This document shows positions 20,553 through 29,979 of a stretch of 64,000 nucleotides of DNA, piece by piece. A program made the position numbers and the translations under genes. This stretch comes from Candidatus Bathyarchaeota archaeon (GTDB lineage: Archaea > Thermoproteota > CALKCG01 > B24 > DRYS01), in NCBI GenBank assembly GCA_018396535.1, contig JAGTQC010000003.1:988-64987 (forward strand), in the 5' to 3' direction. Numbering within the stretch: the stretch's first letter is position 1; every line of letters starts with the position of its first letter. The notes below the pieces were generated by a model. That model was not told the origin of the DNA and searched no databases. It saw nothing but the letters and a program-made list of their open reading frames with translations.

Positions 20553-20775
20553 TCAACACCACCTCTCTACTAAGTTTCAGAGCAAAACAATTATAGGTAG
20601 AATAAAAACGTTTTGTGCTTATTTAGATGTATACACTAATTCTATCTCCTTCTCTAGATTCTCAAGCCCCCTCTCTAATCTTCTAAACAAAGTTTAACTA
20701 TCCATAGGCTAATCTTAAACATCTAATAATATACACTATCGAGTGATACACCTTTATACATAGTGGTGCTCCAGC

Positions 20776-21651
20776 TTGACCCTTAACGATCTAGGTAAGC
20801 TTAGATATAGGTTTGAATGGATTAGAATACCCGTATTTACGGTAGAATGTCTGAGAAAGTCTCTGAGAGAATCTAGGATTACGCTAGATCTAGGTCTATC
20901 CTGGATCGAATGTAAAATCCTCGATAATTATCTGCATATAGGTGAACTACGTATAGATATATCTAGCATAGACGAGTTAAGGGATGAGCGTGCTATATAC
21001 ATCCTAGAAGATAATGTATTCAAGCCTATAGCATTTTGGGGTGGTAATCACTTCTATAAACTCGTATCTATCAAGTATGATACTGCACCTACGCTGGAGA
21101 TAGATGGGATACATATGCATAGAGTATCCGGTATAACCCCATGGAGCGATGCGAAACTTAAAGCTTCGTATCTAAGGATACGAAGAGGGATGAGGGTCTT
21201 AGATATAGGTACTGGTCTAGGCTATACAGCTATATGGTGTAGACGTATGGGTGCTTCGGTCTATACTGTGGAGAAGGATCCATGGGTTCTCAGGATTGCA
21301 TCCTATAATCCTTGGAGTAGATTCCTAGAGGATCCAGGTATATGTATACTACTCCTAGATGCGTGTAAACTCGTAGAGATTCTACCAGACTCAGTCTTTC
21401 ATAGAATACTCCATGATCCTCCTAGGTTTAGCTTAGCTGGAGAGTTATACAGCCTAGAATTCTATAGAGAGCTTTACAGGATACTAAGACCTGGAGGCCT
21501 ACTCTTACACTATACTGGTAGACCAGGTACGATTCAAGGTCGTAGACTTGTAAACGGTATCTCTCGTAGATTGCATGATGCTGGATTCGAAGATTTAGAA
21601 TGGATAGATGATGTTCAAGGCTTTAGATGTCTTAAACCTAGTCTCTCATAG
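20776..21651 (+). CDS. Class-I SAM-dependent methyltransferase with a D-P-P-(R)-F amino-methyltransferase-like motif and an N-terminal domain of unknown function
   Basis: VLDIGTGLGYTAI (motif I), HDPPRF (motif IV-like). 291 aa. Confidence 0.55.
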   Translation: MTLNDLGKLRYRFEWIRIPVFTVECLRKSLRESRITLDLGLSWIECKILDNYLHIGELRIDISSIDELRDERAIYILEDNVFKPIAFWGGNHFYKLVSIKYDTAPTLEIDGIHMHRVSGITPWSDAKLKASYLRIRRGMRVLDIGTGLGYTAIWCRRMGASVYTVEKDPWVLRIASYNPWSRFLEDPGICILLLDACKLVEILPDSVFHRILHDPPRFSLAGELYSLEFYRELYRILRPGGLLLHYTGRPGTIQGRRLVNGISRRLHDAGFEDLEWIDDVQGFRCLKPSLS

Positions 21652-23137
21652 CTTCTATCCTAAAGTTTGTGATACCCATCCGTCTACCAGCTCTCTCTAA
21701 TCTACGTAGACATTTACGTGTAAGTTTACCAACTTCATCTTCATCTACATAGATTACAGCTTCATCCCCTTGTATCTCGACTCTACACCTATCTACATAT
21801 CTATTCAGAACGTTTTCTAGAATGGATGATGTCTCCGATATCTCCCTACGCTTAATAGGTACAACAAACGTCCTCTCTCCGAAGACGTATATCTCGTATT
21901 CAACCTCTCCTGTGAGGTAATCCTTAACCTGGACTACAGGTCTAGCTAGATCGGAATCTCGTAGACCATGAGGTATCTTAACTATAGTCTCCAGAGAGTA
22001 GACCTTTGTAACGATACCATTCTCTAGGAATATAACCGTATCTATTATGGATGGTATCATACCTAGTTCAACTCTACCCACAAATCTTTGGATAGCATCT
22101 ATAGGGGAGGTAGCGTGGACAACCCCTATCATACCTACGCCAGCTAGCCTTAGATCTGCATATAGCTTGAAATCGTTTGTACCCCTCATCTCATCGAAAA
22201 CCGTATAATCCGGTCTACTTAGTAGGAGTACATCGTATATCTCATCAGGGTTTGAAACATTCTTAGAGTATTGAGTTATAGCTTCTGGAAGCTGTAGATC
22301 TCTAGGAGATTCTATAGTCTTAACGATCTTCCCTAGGCTTAGATAGTATTCGGCTAAGGCTTGAGCGAAGGTGGATTTACCCATACCCGGAGCTCCAGCT
22401 ATTAGAATACCTTCTGCTTGTGTTTCAAGTCTACTTACAAGCTTAGATGGCAGCTTATAATCCTTGAGCGTAAGTTTAACTATAGGTTTAACAGCCGTGA
22501 TCTCTAAACCATCGCTGAACGGTGGGTAAGTTACGACTATCCTATATGGCCCCATCTGGAATATCTTAGATCCATCCCTATCTATCTCTAAATATGCCTC
22601 TCCACTCCGCACCCTATCCATAAACCCCTCCACCAACGCTTCGAGATCTTCCCTACTCAAGATAACCTCTTCAAGAGTTTCAAAACGCCAATTACCTGGT
22701 GTACCGCGTTTAAGTCTAGGTTGAACCCCCTCCTTAAGATGAACGGACATGACATTCTCCTTGAAGAAGTCTTCGAGTTTAAGTTTAGAAGATGGAGGCA
22801 TATACATACATTTTACGTTTAAAGCCTCGGCTATACTAGCTAACGCTAGATCGCATGTAACTATCGTCGCATCTATCCTTAAAGCTTCTCCTATAAGAGC
22901 TTCAGGTGTTTCACTCTGTACAGGTAGTATGTTTAGCGATATACCCCTCTCTCTAAGAAGCTTCACAGATTCTTCTAGATTTTGGAGAAGCCATTTATCA
23001 CCGCTTAGAAATCTTTCACGTATCTTCCTTAGAACGATATCTGGTATTAATACCTCGGAATCAGGCATCTCCTCTAAGGCAAGCTTCCTAATGAAGCCAT
23101 TTCTCAACGCTGATAGATCTACTATAAACTTTGGCAA
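21638..23137 (-). CDS. PIN-domain / P-loop ATPase (PilT-like) / KH-domain protein (archaeal PINc-ATPase family)
   Basis: N-terminal PIN-like acidic residues. Walker A GAPGMGKST. C-terminal KH-like region. 499 aa. Confidence 0.65.
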   Translation of the reverse strand: MPKFIVDLSALRNGFIRKLALEEMPDSEVLIPDIVLRKIRERFLSGDKWLLQNLEESVKLLRERGISLNILPVQSETPEALIGEALRIDATIVTCDLALASIAEALNVKCMYMPPSSKLKLEDFFKENVMSVHLKEGVQPRLKRGTPGNWRFETLEEVILSREDLEALVEGFMDRVRSGEAYLEIDRDGSKIFQMGPYRIVVTYPPFSDGLEITAVKPIVKLTLKDYKLPSKLVSRLETQAEGILIAGAPGMGKSTFAQALAEYYLSLGKIVKTIESPRDLQLPEAITQYSKNVSNPDEIYDVLLLSRPDYTVFDEMRGTNDFKLYADLRLAGVGMIGVVHATSPIDAIQRFVGRVELGMIPSIIDTVIFLENGIVTKVYSLETIVKIPHGLRDSDLARPVVQVKDYLTGEVEYEIYVFGERTFVVPIKRREISETSSILENVLNRYVDRCRVEIQGDEAVIYVDEDEVGKLTRKCLRRLERAGRRMGITNFRIEAMRD

Positions 23138-23187
23138 GTCCCGGTTTTCTCCAAGCTATAACGGTAGTAGCTTTATATAAACATTGT

Positions 23188-24087
23188 CTAGGATAATAGG
23201 TGGCTATACCTCATAGCTGAGTCTGGTGCTAACGTTACGATAATGCCCTCCCTAAGTTCTTCAGCAATCTTTAAAGCTATACATAGATTCGCACCAGTGG
23301 AGAGACCGCCCATAATACCCTCAAATCTTATAGCATACCTCATATACTTCAACGCATCTTCAAATCCAACACTCTCCACTCTATCGATAAACCTACGGTA
23401 TCTTTCGTATATCCCAGGTATTCCGTTATGTGAAAGCCCCTCTATCCTCTCTCCTACCGAGCCTGGGCCATCGAGGATAGCAGCTCCTCTAGGCACTACT
23501 CCTACGATCTTTACGTTACTCAGCTTCTCTTTAAGATACATAGCTACCCCAGATATCGTCCCGCATGTACCTATACCCATAACGAAGGCATCAAGATACC
23601 CCCCAGTCTGCATATAGATTTCTCTAGCTGTCGTTTCATAGTGAGCTTTCACATTAGCTTCATTATCATATTGATTAAGGAATACCCCTCCCTCCCTATA
23701 CGCTATCTCCCTAGCAGTCTCTAGAGCTTTTCTATACCCACCAGATACTTCGACAACCTCTGCACCTAGAGCTTTAATCAATCCTATCTTAACAGGTGAA
23801 GCCTCCTCCTCTACGACTAATATCGCTTTATAACCCAGCCTCGATGCAACCCAAGCTACAGATAATGCTGTATTACCACTCGATGCCTCCACGATAACAC
23901 CGCCCGGCTTAAGTTTCCCCTGCCTCTCCGCCTCTCTAACCATATAGATAGCTATCCTATCCTTATGGCTACCAGTAGGATTCATATACTCTAACTTAAC
24001 TAGTACCCTAGCCATACCATCTCTTCTAAGCTTCTTAAGCTCTACTATCGGAGTACCCCCTACTAGGGATAGTATATCCCGATACAT
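23188..24087 (-). CDS. Cysteine synthase / O-phosphoserine sulfhydrylase family (PLP-dependent, fold type II)
   Basis: NPTGSHKDR PLP-lysine motif, SSGNT, and a GIGTCGT glycine loop. Confidence 0.8.
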   Translation of the reverse strand: MYRDILSLVGGTPIVELKKLRRDGMARVLVKLEYMNPTGSHKDRIAIYMVREAERQGKLKPGGVIVEASSGNTALSVAWVASRLGYKAILVVEEEASPVKIGLIKALGAEVVEVSGGYRKALETAREIAYREGGVFLNQYDNEANVKAHYETTAREIYMQTGGYLDAFVMGIGTCGTISGVAMYLKEKLSNVKIVGVVPRGAAILDGPGSVGERIEGLSHNGIPGIYERYRRFIDRVESVGFEDALKYMRYAIRFEGIMGGLSTGANLCIALKIAEELREGIIVTLAPDSAMRYSHLLS

Positions 24088-24353
24088 TCTATACCAGCCG
24101 CTTCTAGCTCTGCTAGGTGAAAGATTTAACCTCTCCTTTATCAGATCGCTATGTTAGATAAAAACTCTTCTAATAACTCCATCTTATAGAGCGTTATACG
24201 AGTCTAGCTCTATATGTAAGGATTTAACGATTCACCCCCTAAGACTATAATCACCGTTAAAGTTCTCATAATATGTCTGAATCTACGATGCAGTTCCGTC
24301 TGGATTGTAAGGAAATACATTTCTACTAGTTATCTTATTCTATATGTTTAGCT

Positions 24354-25424
24354 ATGCTATTCTTCATATTTACCACAGGCATATGTAATCTTAGATGCGA
24401 TTATTGTGGTGGAAGTTTCTCTGAAAGAATGGTTCCGGCTAAACCTGTATATGATATGGGTTCTCTCCTCAAGTTTCTCGAAGATACATATCCCGTATCC
24501 ATAGCATTCTATGGTGGGGAGCCTTTACTGAACGCTAAATTCATATCAGCGTTTATGGATAGGTTTGATGCTGAAAGATATATAATTCAAACTAATGGTC
24601 TACTAATTGATAGACTAGACCCTGCATATTGGCGTAGAATGGATACGATTCTGTTATCCATAGATGGTGTAGAGTATGTTACAGATAAGCATAGGGGTAT
24701 CGGCGTATATGATACAGTAGTTAGATCCGCTCGTAAGCTTAGGCTTATAGGCTTCGAGGGGGATCTTGTAGCGAGAATGACTGCTACAGAAGATACCGAT
24801 ATATATAGGGATGTATATCACCTTGTAGAGTTAAACCTATTCGATCATATCCATTGGCAGCTTAATGTCGTATGGTCTCCTCCATGGTCTAACTTCGAAG
24901 AATGGTGTAGAAGCTACCTAGATGGTTTAGTAAGGTTATTGGATCTATGGGTATATAAGATGGAGGATGAGGGGAGGGTTCTAGGGATAGCCCCCTTCCA
25001 GGGGTGTTTGAAACGTATCCTTCTAGGAGGATCCGCTCCTCCATGTGGTGCTGGTGTAGATGCATATGCGATATCTACAGATGGCTCTATCCTCGCATGC
25101 CCTATAGCGGTAGATGTAGAATGGGGTAGGTTAGGAGATATACGCTTAGATAGGTTCGGTGAATTGAAGAAAGCTCCAGAGATAGGTGAACCATGTACAT
25201 CTTGCATAGAGTTTAGGGTATGTGGAGGTAGATGTCTATACGCCTATATGGAGAGGCTGTGGGGTCTGGAAGGTTTCCGTAAGGTATGTAGTATAACACT
25301 ATCTATGATATCGCTTTTAAAGAGTCGTCTAGATACTATTATAGACTCTCTAGAATCTCACGGTCTATCATTAGATGATATAACCTACCCGCTGTTCAAT
25401 AATAGCGTAGAGATAATACCTTAA
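24354..25424 (+). CDS. Radical SAM enzyme with a C-terminal SPASM/twitch auxiliary-cluster domain (peptide or protein-modifying maturase-like)
   Basis: CNLRCDYC CxxxCxxC. GGEPLL. C-terminal Cys cluster CGAG...CP...CTSC...CGGRC. Confidence 0.7.
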   Translation: MLFFIFTTGICNLRCDYCGGSFSERMVPAKPVYDMGSLLKFLEDTYPVSIAFYGGEPLLNAKFISAFMDRFDAERYIIQTNGLLIDRLDPAYWRRMDTILLSIDGVEYVTDKHRGIGVYDTVVRSARKLRLIGFEGDLVARMTATEDTDIYRDVYHLVELNLFDHIHWQLNVVWSPPWSNFEEWCRSYLDGLVRLLDLWVYKMEDEGRVLGIAPFQGCLKRILLGGSAPPCGAGVDAYAISTDGSILACPIAVDVEWGRLGDIRLDRFGELKKAPEIGEPCTSCIEFRVCGGRCLYAYMERLWGLEGFRKVCSITLSMISLLKSRLDTIIDSLESHGLSLDDITYPLFNNSVEIIP

Positions 25425-25479
25425 AGTCAAAGTTAATAACTGAACTACCTATACATATAGCCATGTAGGTGTACTCGGA

Positions 25480-26508
25480 TTGAAGGCTGCAATTCTATAT
25501 GCTCCATACGATATTAGAATCGAAGATATACCTAGACCAGAGGCGGGTTACGGAGAGGTTCTAGTTAGGATAAGAGCAGTAGGTATATGCGGATCAGATG
25601 TACATTTCTACACTACTGGTAAGTGTAGTGGCTTTGTAGTTAAGGAGCCATTAATACTTGGACATGAATGCTCAGGTGAAGTAGTAGATGTAGGTGATGG
25701 TGTAGATAACGTTAAAGTCGGTGATAGAGTTGCTGTGGAGCCAGGCTTCCCATGCGGTAGATGCTACTACTGTAGGATAGGCCGGTATAATCTATGCCCA
25801 GATGTCATTTTCTATGGGGCTCCTCCCATACATGGAGCATTTAGAGAGTACTCCATAGCTAAAGCGTCATTCGTCTATAGGATAGGTGGAGGTATGAGTT
25901 TCGAGGAAGCCGCTTTGATAGAGCCTCTAGCCGTAGGTATGCAAGCTGTAAAACGTAGTGGTATGGAGAGCGGATCTATCGCAGCTGTATTCGGATGCGG
26001 CCCTGTCGGTCTACTAACGATCCAGGCAGCTCTAGTTTCAGGTGCAGCATCGATTATAGCTATAGATCCAGTTGATTATCGAGCTAAGCTTGCTGAGGAG
26101 CTTGGTGCATCATATATCGTAAACCCTATAGAGACTGATGTGGTAGACTATGTAAGGAAATTAACTAATGGTATGGGTGTAGATGTCGTATTCGAAGCAT
26201 CTGGTAATCCTAAAGCTTTCAACGATGCATTGAAGGTTGTACGGCGTGGAGGAGTTGTAGTTCAGATAGGTATGTTTGGGGAGTATATAACGTTCGATCC
26301 TGCTCTTATAATAGATAAGGAGGTGGATATACGCGGAGTTTTCCGCTACGCCAACGTATACGAGCAGGCGATTAGACTTGCTTTATCTGGTCGTATTAAG
26401 CTTAAACCTCTAATAACGCATATATTCCCATTGGATAGAATTAAGGAAGCCTTCGATACCATAATAGAGAGAAGAGGGAATCCTGTGAAAGTTATAGTTA
26501 AACCATGA
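25480..26508 (+). CDS. Zinc-dependent alcohol/polyol dehydrogenase (a paralog of 12164-13264)
   Basis: GICGSDVHFY, GHECSGEVVDVG, CGRCYYC, GCGPVGL. Confidence 0.8.
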   Translation: MKAAILYAPYDIRIEDIPRPEAGYGEVLVRIRAVGICGSDVHFYTTGKCSGFVVKEPLILGHECSGEVVDVGDGVDNVKVGDRVAVEPGFPCGRCYYCRIGRYNLCPDVIFYGAPPIHGAFREYSIAKASFVYRIGGGMSFEEAALIEPLAVGMQAVKRSGMESGSIAAVFGCGPVGLLTIQAALVSGAASIIAIDPVDYRAKLAEELGASYIVNPIETDVVDYVRKLTNGMGVDVVFEASGNPKAFNDALKVVRRGGVVVQIGMFGEYITFDPALIIDKEVDIRGVFRYANVYEQAIRLALSGRIKLKPLITHIFPLDRIKEAFDTIIERRGNPVKVIVKP

Positions 26509-26527
26509 ATACAACTTCTCATAAGCT

Positions 26528-28087
26528 ATGTCTAGAATATTCTATTCTAGCGATATACGGCGTATAGAAGTTAATGCTAGATTCCTAGGCTTATCTGAGC
26601 TTCAGATGATGGAGTCAGCTGGTAGAGCTGTAGCAGACTATATATCCAGTAGGTTTAAGCCTTGTAGAGTTGCTGTATACTGTGGTCTAGGCGGAAATGG
26701 TGGTGATGGATTAGTAGCAGCTAGGTATCTAGCTTCTCGTGGATTCGATGTTAAGGTAGTGCTAGTCGGTTATCCAGATAGAATCTCTCATAGAGGTACA
26801 CGGGAGAACTGGTTTCTCGTATCACGTCTAAATACGATAGATACATACATAGCTTCTGATAGCTTATCCATACCTAAGATAGAAGCTGAAGTATATATCG
26901 ATGCACTATTAGGCGTCGGCGTTAGAGGTGAGGTTAAACCTCCGATATCCGAAGCTATAGGAGTACTCAACGGTATGAAAGGCTTTAAGATATCTATAGA
27001 CGTACCGTCCGGTCTCGATTCTGATACAGGTGAAATACTAGGTTGCGCAGTTAAAGCCGATACTACGATTACTATACACGGTGTTAAGCCAGGTCTAAGA
27101 CTTAGACCAGATTACGTAGGTGAAATAGTAGTCGTAGATGTAGGTATCCCCCGTGAAACCGAGTTATACGCTGGACCAGGGGATCTTAGAATTGTCATTA
27201 AGCCTAGGAAGACGAAATCTCATAAGGGCGACTATGGTAGAGTCCTCGTGATAGGAGGAAGTGAAGTATTCACAGGTGCACCCACCCTAACAGCTTTAGC
27301 AGCTTTCGAAGTAGGTGTAGATCTAGTAGTAGTTGCAGCCCCTGAAGTTACTGGCTTAGTCATATCCTCCTATACGCCAAACCTTATAGTGGTTAAACTT
27401 CCTGGAGGCCACTTAAAGAAGAGCCACCTCGACGTTCTTAAAGAGTGGATAAATCGATGTGATTCAGTAGCTATAGGTCCAGGATTAGGTCTCAAAGAAG
27501 AGACTATAGCGGCTGTCCAGCTTATCGTAAGCGAGGTAGTGGAAGCTAGGAAGCCTATAGTAATAGATGCTGATGCTTTGAAAGCTCTACCTAGAGAGTC
27601 TAAGTTTAAGAGGTTAGCTGTTTTAACACCTCATCAAGGTGAGTTCCGCATCCTTACAGGAGTAACTCTTCCAGAAAGACTAGTGGATAGAGGTGTGGTA
27701 GTATCCGAGTGGGCTGAGAAGTTTGAGGCGGTAATCCTACTTAAGGGCCCGGTTGATATAATCTCTGATGGGAAGAATATAAGATACAACTTTACGGGAA
27801 ACCCTGCTATGACGGTAGGGGGTACTGGAGATGTTCTTACAGGATTAGTAGCCGGCTTCCTAGCTCAAGGCTTCTCACCGTTTGATGCAGGGTTAGCGGC
27901 AGCATTCCTTAACGGGGCAGCTGGGGATCTAGCTGTAGAATCTAAGCCGTATATAGTAGCTACAGATCTACTCGATCACATAAAGGCTGTGATAAGCTAT
28001 ATCCTAAACGATGAGATTGAGACCCTCTCCTCTAAGATACTAGCTAAAAAAGATTTAAGAAGGATTATCAAGGAGATCGAAGGCTAG
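26528..28087 (+). CDS. nnr: Bifunctional NAD(P)H-hydrate repair enzyme Nnr (YjeF-N epimerase + ADP-dependent dehydratase)
   Basis: YCGLGGNGGDGLVAARYL (YjeF-N). C-terminal carbohydrate-kinase-like GPGLG...GTGDVL motifs. 519 aa. Confidence 0.8.
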   Translation: MSRIFYSSDIRRIEVNARFLGLSELQMMESAGRAVADYISSRFKPCRVAVYCGLGGNGGDGLVAARYLASRGFDVKVVLVGYPDRISHRGTRENWFLVSRLNTIDTYIASDSLSIPKIEAEVYIDALLGVGVRGEVKPPISEAIGVLNGMKGFKISIDVPSGLDSDTGEILGCAVKADTTITIHGVKPGLRLRPDYVGEIVVVDVGIPRETELYAGPGDLRIVIKPRKTKSHKGDYGRVLVIGGSEVFTGAPTLTALAAFEVGVDLVVVAAPEVTGLVISSYTPNLIVVKLPGGHLKKSHLDVLKEWINRCDSVAIGPGLGLKEETIAAVQLIVSEVVEARKPIVIDADALKALPRESKFKRLAVLTPHQGEFRILTGVTLPERLVDRGVVVSEWAEKFEAVILLKGPVDIISDGKNIRYNFTGNPAMTVGGTGDVLTGLVAGFLAQGFSPFDAGLAAAFLNGAAGDLAVESKPYIVATDLLDHIKAVISYILNDEIETLSSKILAKKDLRRIIKEIEG

Positions 28088-28518
28088 AGTGTATATTCTT
28101 CGATCCAATATGATTCTCCACTTCTAAGCATCTCTCTCTTAAATAGTGGTACCTCTCTCTTATACCTTTCTACAGCCTCTATTAGTGTTTCGAAAACTTC
28201 TCTACGATGGCTTCCAGCTACGGCTACGTAAACTAGTACTTCGCCTACTTTGAATTCTCCTACGAAGTGGTGGATTTCGACTGCTACTATACCCTCCCTC
28301 CCCTCTAGTTCCCTACATATCTTCTCCAATCTATCTTCAGCCATCTCTTCATAAGCTTCTACTTCAAGCCTTTCTACATCACCCTTTACACCTATTCCGC
28401 GTACAATCCCTATGAATACAGCTATAGCTCCAATCTTATACGAATCGCTTCTACTATACAATCCAGATAGAATATCATCCAGGTTTATCTCCCCCTTCCT
28501 ATGTATATGCTTCTTCAT
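28084..28518 (-). CDS. moaE: Molybdopterin synthase catalytic subunit MoaE
   Basis: Size (144 aa) and a conserved ...GAIAVFIGIVRG...VAVAGSHRREVFE... core typical of MoaE. Confidence 0.65.
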   Translation of the reverse strand: MKKHIHRKGEINLDDILSGLYSRSDSYKIGAIAVFIGIVRGIGVKGDVERLEVEAYEEMAEDRLEKICRELEGREGIVAVEIHHFVGEFKVGEVLVYVAVAGSHRREVFETLIEAVERYKREVPLFKREMLRSGESYWIEEYTL

Positions 28519-28575
28519 AGACTGATCGTTACATCCATGTCATAGTTGCGTAGACATAAACTTTATACGTGATGG

Positions 28576-29184
28576 ATGGTATTCTTATCGTTTGTGTCGA
28601 TAAGTGTAGAAGGGTTTATCGAATTAGGCTATCTAGGAGTTTTCGTTATAGCATTTCTCTTAAACCTAGCTCCATTCACAAATCCCACTAACCCCCTCCT
28701 AGTCCTCCTCATAATACAGGTAACACCTGCATTAAATCCTATAGTCGTAGGCATACTAGTCGCATTAGGTGCTACAGCTTCTAAGATCTTACATTACGTA
28801 GTAGCATACTATACCGCTAGGAAGGTTAAAGTGAGAGTATTCGAAAATAGTATACTTCTGAATAGATTCGGCTTTCTAGCAGCCTTCATAGCGGCGGTAA
28901 CACCGCTCCCAGATGATTGGGCTGCTATACCGTTAGCCATCGTCGGTTTCAATATAGTGAAATTCACGTTAGGCTTTCTGATAGGAAAGCTTACGACTTG
29001 TATAACCGCTGGTATTCTAGGTGAGAGGATCTTATGGTTATTAGAGGAGTCTATGGGTGTATGGGGATCTATAATATCATTTGTAGGAACGATTATATTG
29101 ATAGTGGCTGCTCTAGTATGGAGGGATAGGATAGAGAAGATTGTCTTGATAGTTTTTAGAAAGCTTAAACTTATTAAAAGTTAA
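28576..29184 (+). CDS. DedA/YqaA (VTT-domain)-like small membrane protein
   Basis: Four to five TM helices. A PLPDDWAAIPLAIVG motif resembles the VTT/DedA re-entrant loop. Confidence 0.4.
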   Translation: MVFLSFVSISVEGFIELGYLGVFVIAFLLNLAPFTNPTNPLLVLLIIQVTPALNPIVVGILVALGATASKILHYVVAYYTARKVKVRVFENSILLNRFGFLAAFIAAVTPLPDDWAAIPLAIVGFNIVKFTLGFLIGKLTTCITAGILGERILWLLEESMGVWGSIISFVGTIILIVAALVWRDRIEKIVLIVFRKLKLIKS

Positions 29185-29242
29185 TCTTAACTATTTTTAA
29201 AGCATAAGATTTAAATATTTGTTAGCTAACATACTATTTAAC

Positions 29243-29662
29243 ATGGTTTCAAAGGAATTACTAGATCTACTGAACAAGGCTATAGCTGGAGAATTACAGG
29301 CTTCTATCCAGTATATGTGGCAGCATGTATTGTGGAAGGGTGTTAAAGCATTCGCAGTGCAGGGTGAACTTGAGAAGATAGCTATCGAAGAGATGAAGCA
29401 TGCTGAGGCTATCGCTGAAAGACTGGTGTATCTCGGGGGTACGCCTACGACTATCCCTGCTCCTATATCGATAGGTGCTACTCTTAGAGAGATGATTAAT
29501 TTCGATAGAGAAGCTGAGGAGAGCACTATAAGCTTGTATAAAGTGATAGTGAGGAAGGCTGAGGAGGAGGGTGATATAACGACGAGTGAATTATTCAGGG
29601 ATATACTGAAGGATGAGGAGAGACATCACGACTTCTTTGTAAGTATACTCGAAGAATTATAA
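29243..29662 (+). CDS. Ferritin-like / bacterioferritin-family di-iron protein
   Basis: ELQASIQYMWQH...EEMKHAEAIAERL...DEERHHDFF EXXH-type ferroxidase motifs. The track ORF starts at 29219, but the second ATG gives a typical N-terminus. Confidence 0.6.
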   Translation: MVSKELLDLLNKAIAGELQASIQYMWQHVLWKGVKAFAVQGELEKIAIEEMKHAEAIAERLVYLGGTPTTIPAPISIGATLREMINFDREAEESTISLYKVIVRKAEEEGDITTSELFRDILKDEERHHDFFVSILEEL

Positions 29663-29702
29663 CATTATTTATTCACTATTTCAATTATTTGGTGGTGTAG
29701 TT

Positions 29703-29975
29703 TTGTATATAAGAGTATTACCAGGTTTAGGTCAAGTTATAGATGAGTATAATAGATATAGATCTCCAGAAGTTACTGCGAAAATAGAGTATATCGGGGA
29801 AGACTACATCGATATATTGTTTAAAGGCTCGTTCTGCTATACATGTGGCTTCTATGATTATTTTGAAGATTTCATAATCGAAGCTAGAGAGTTTGGTATA
29901 ATTTTATCCTTGGAAAGAATTGTTGAAATAGGTGGAGGTGCTATAGTTAGGTTTAAAGTAGAAGGGGGAGTGTAG
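29703..29975 (+). CDS. Small conserved hypothetical protein (90 aa, TTG start) immediately upstream of the flavodiiron gene
   Basis: ORF with a CYTCGFYDYF motif. Its stop lies 5 nt before the FprA start. A GGGGGAG SD-like motif precedes the downstream gene. Confidence 0.3.
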   Translation: MYIRVLPGLGQVIDEYNRYRSPEVTAKIEYIGEDYIDILFKGSFCYTCGFYDYFEDFIIEAREFGIILSLERIVEIGGGAIVRFKVEGGV

Positions 29976-29979
29976 ACCT

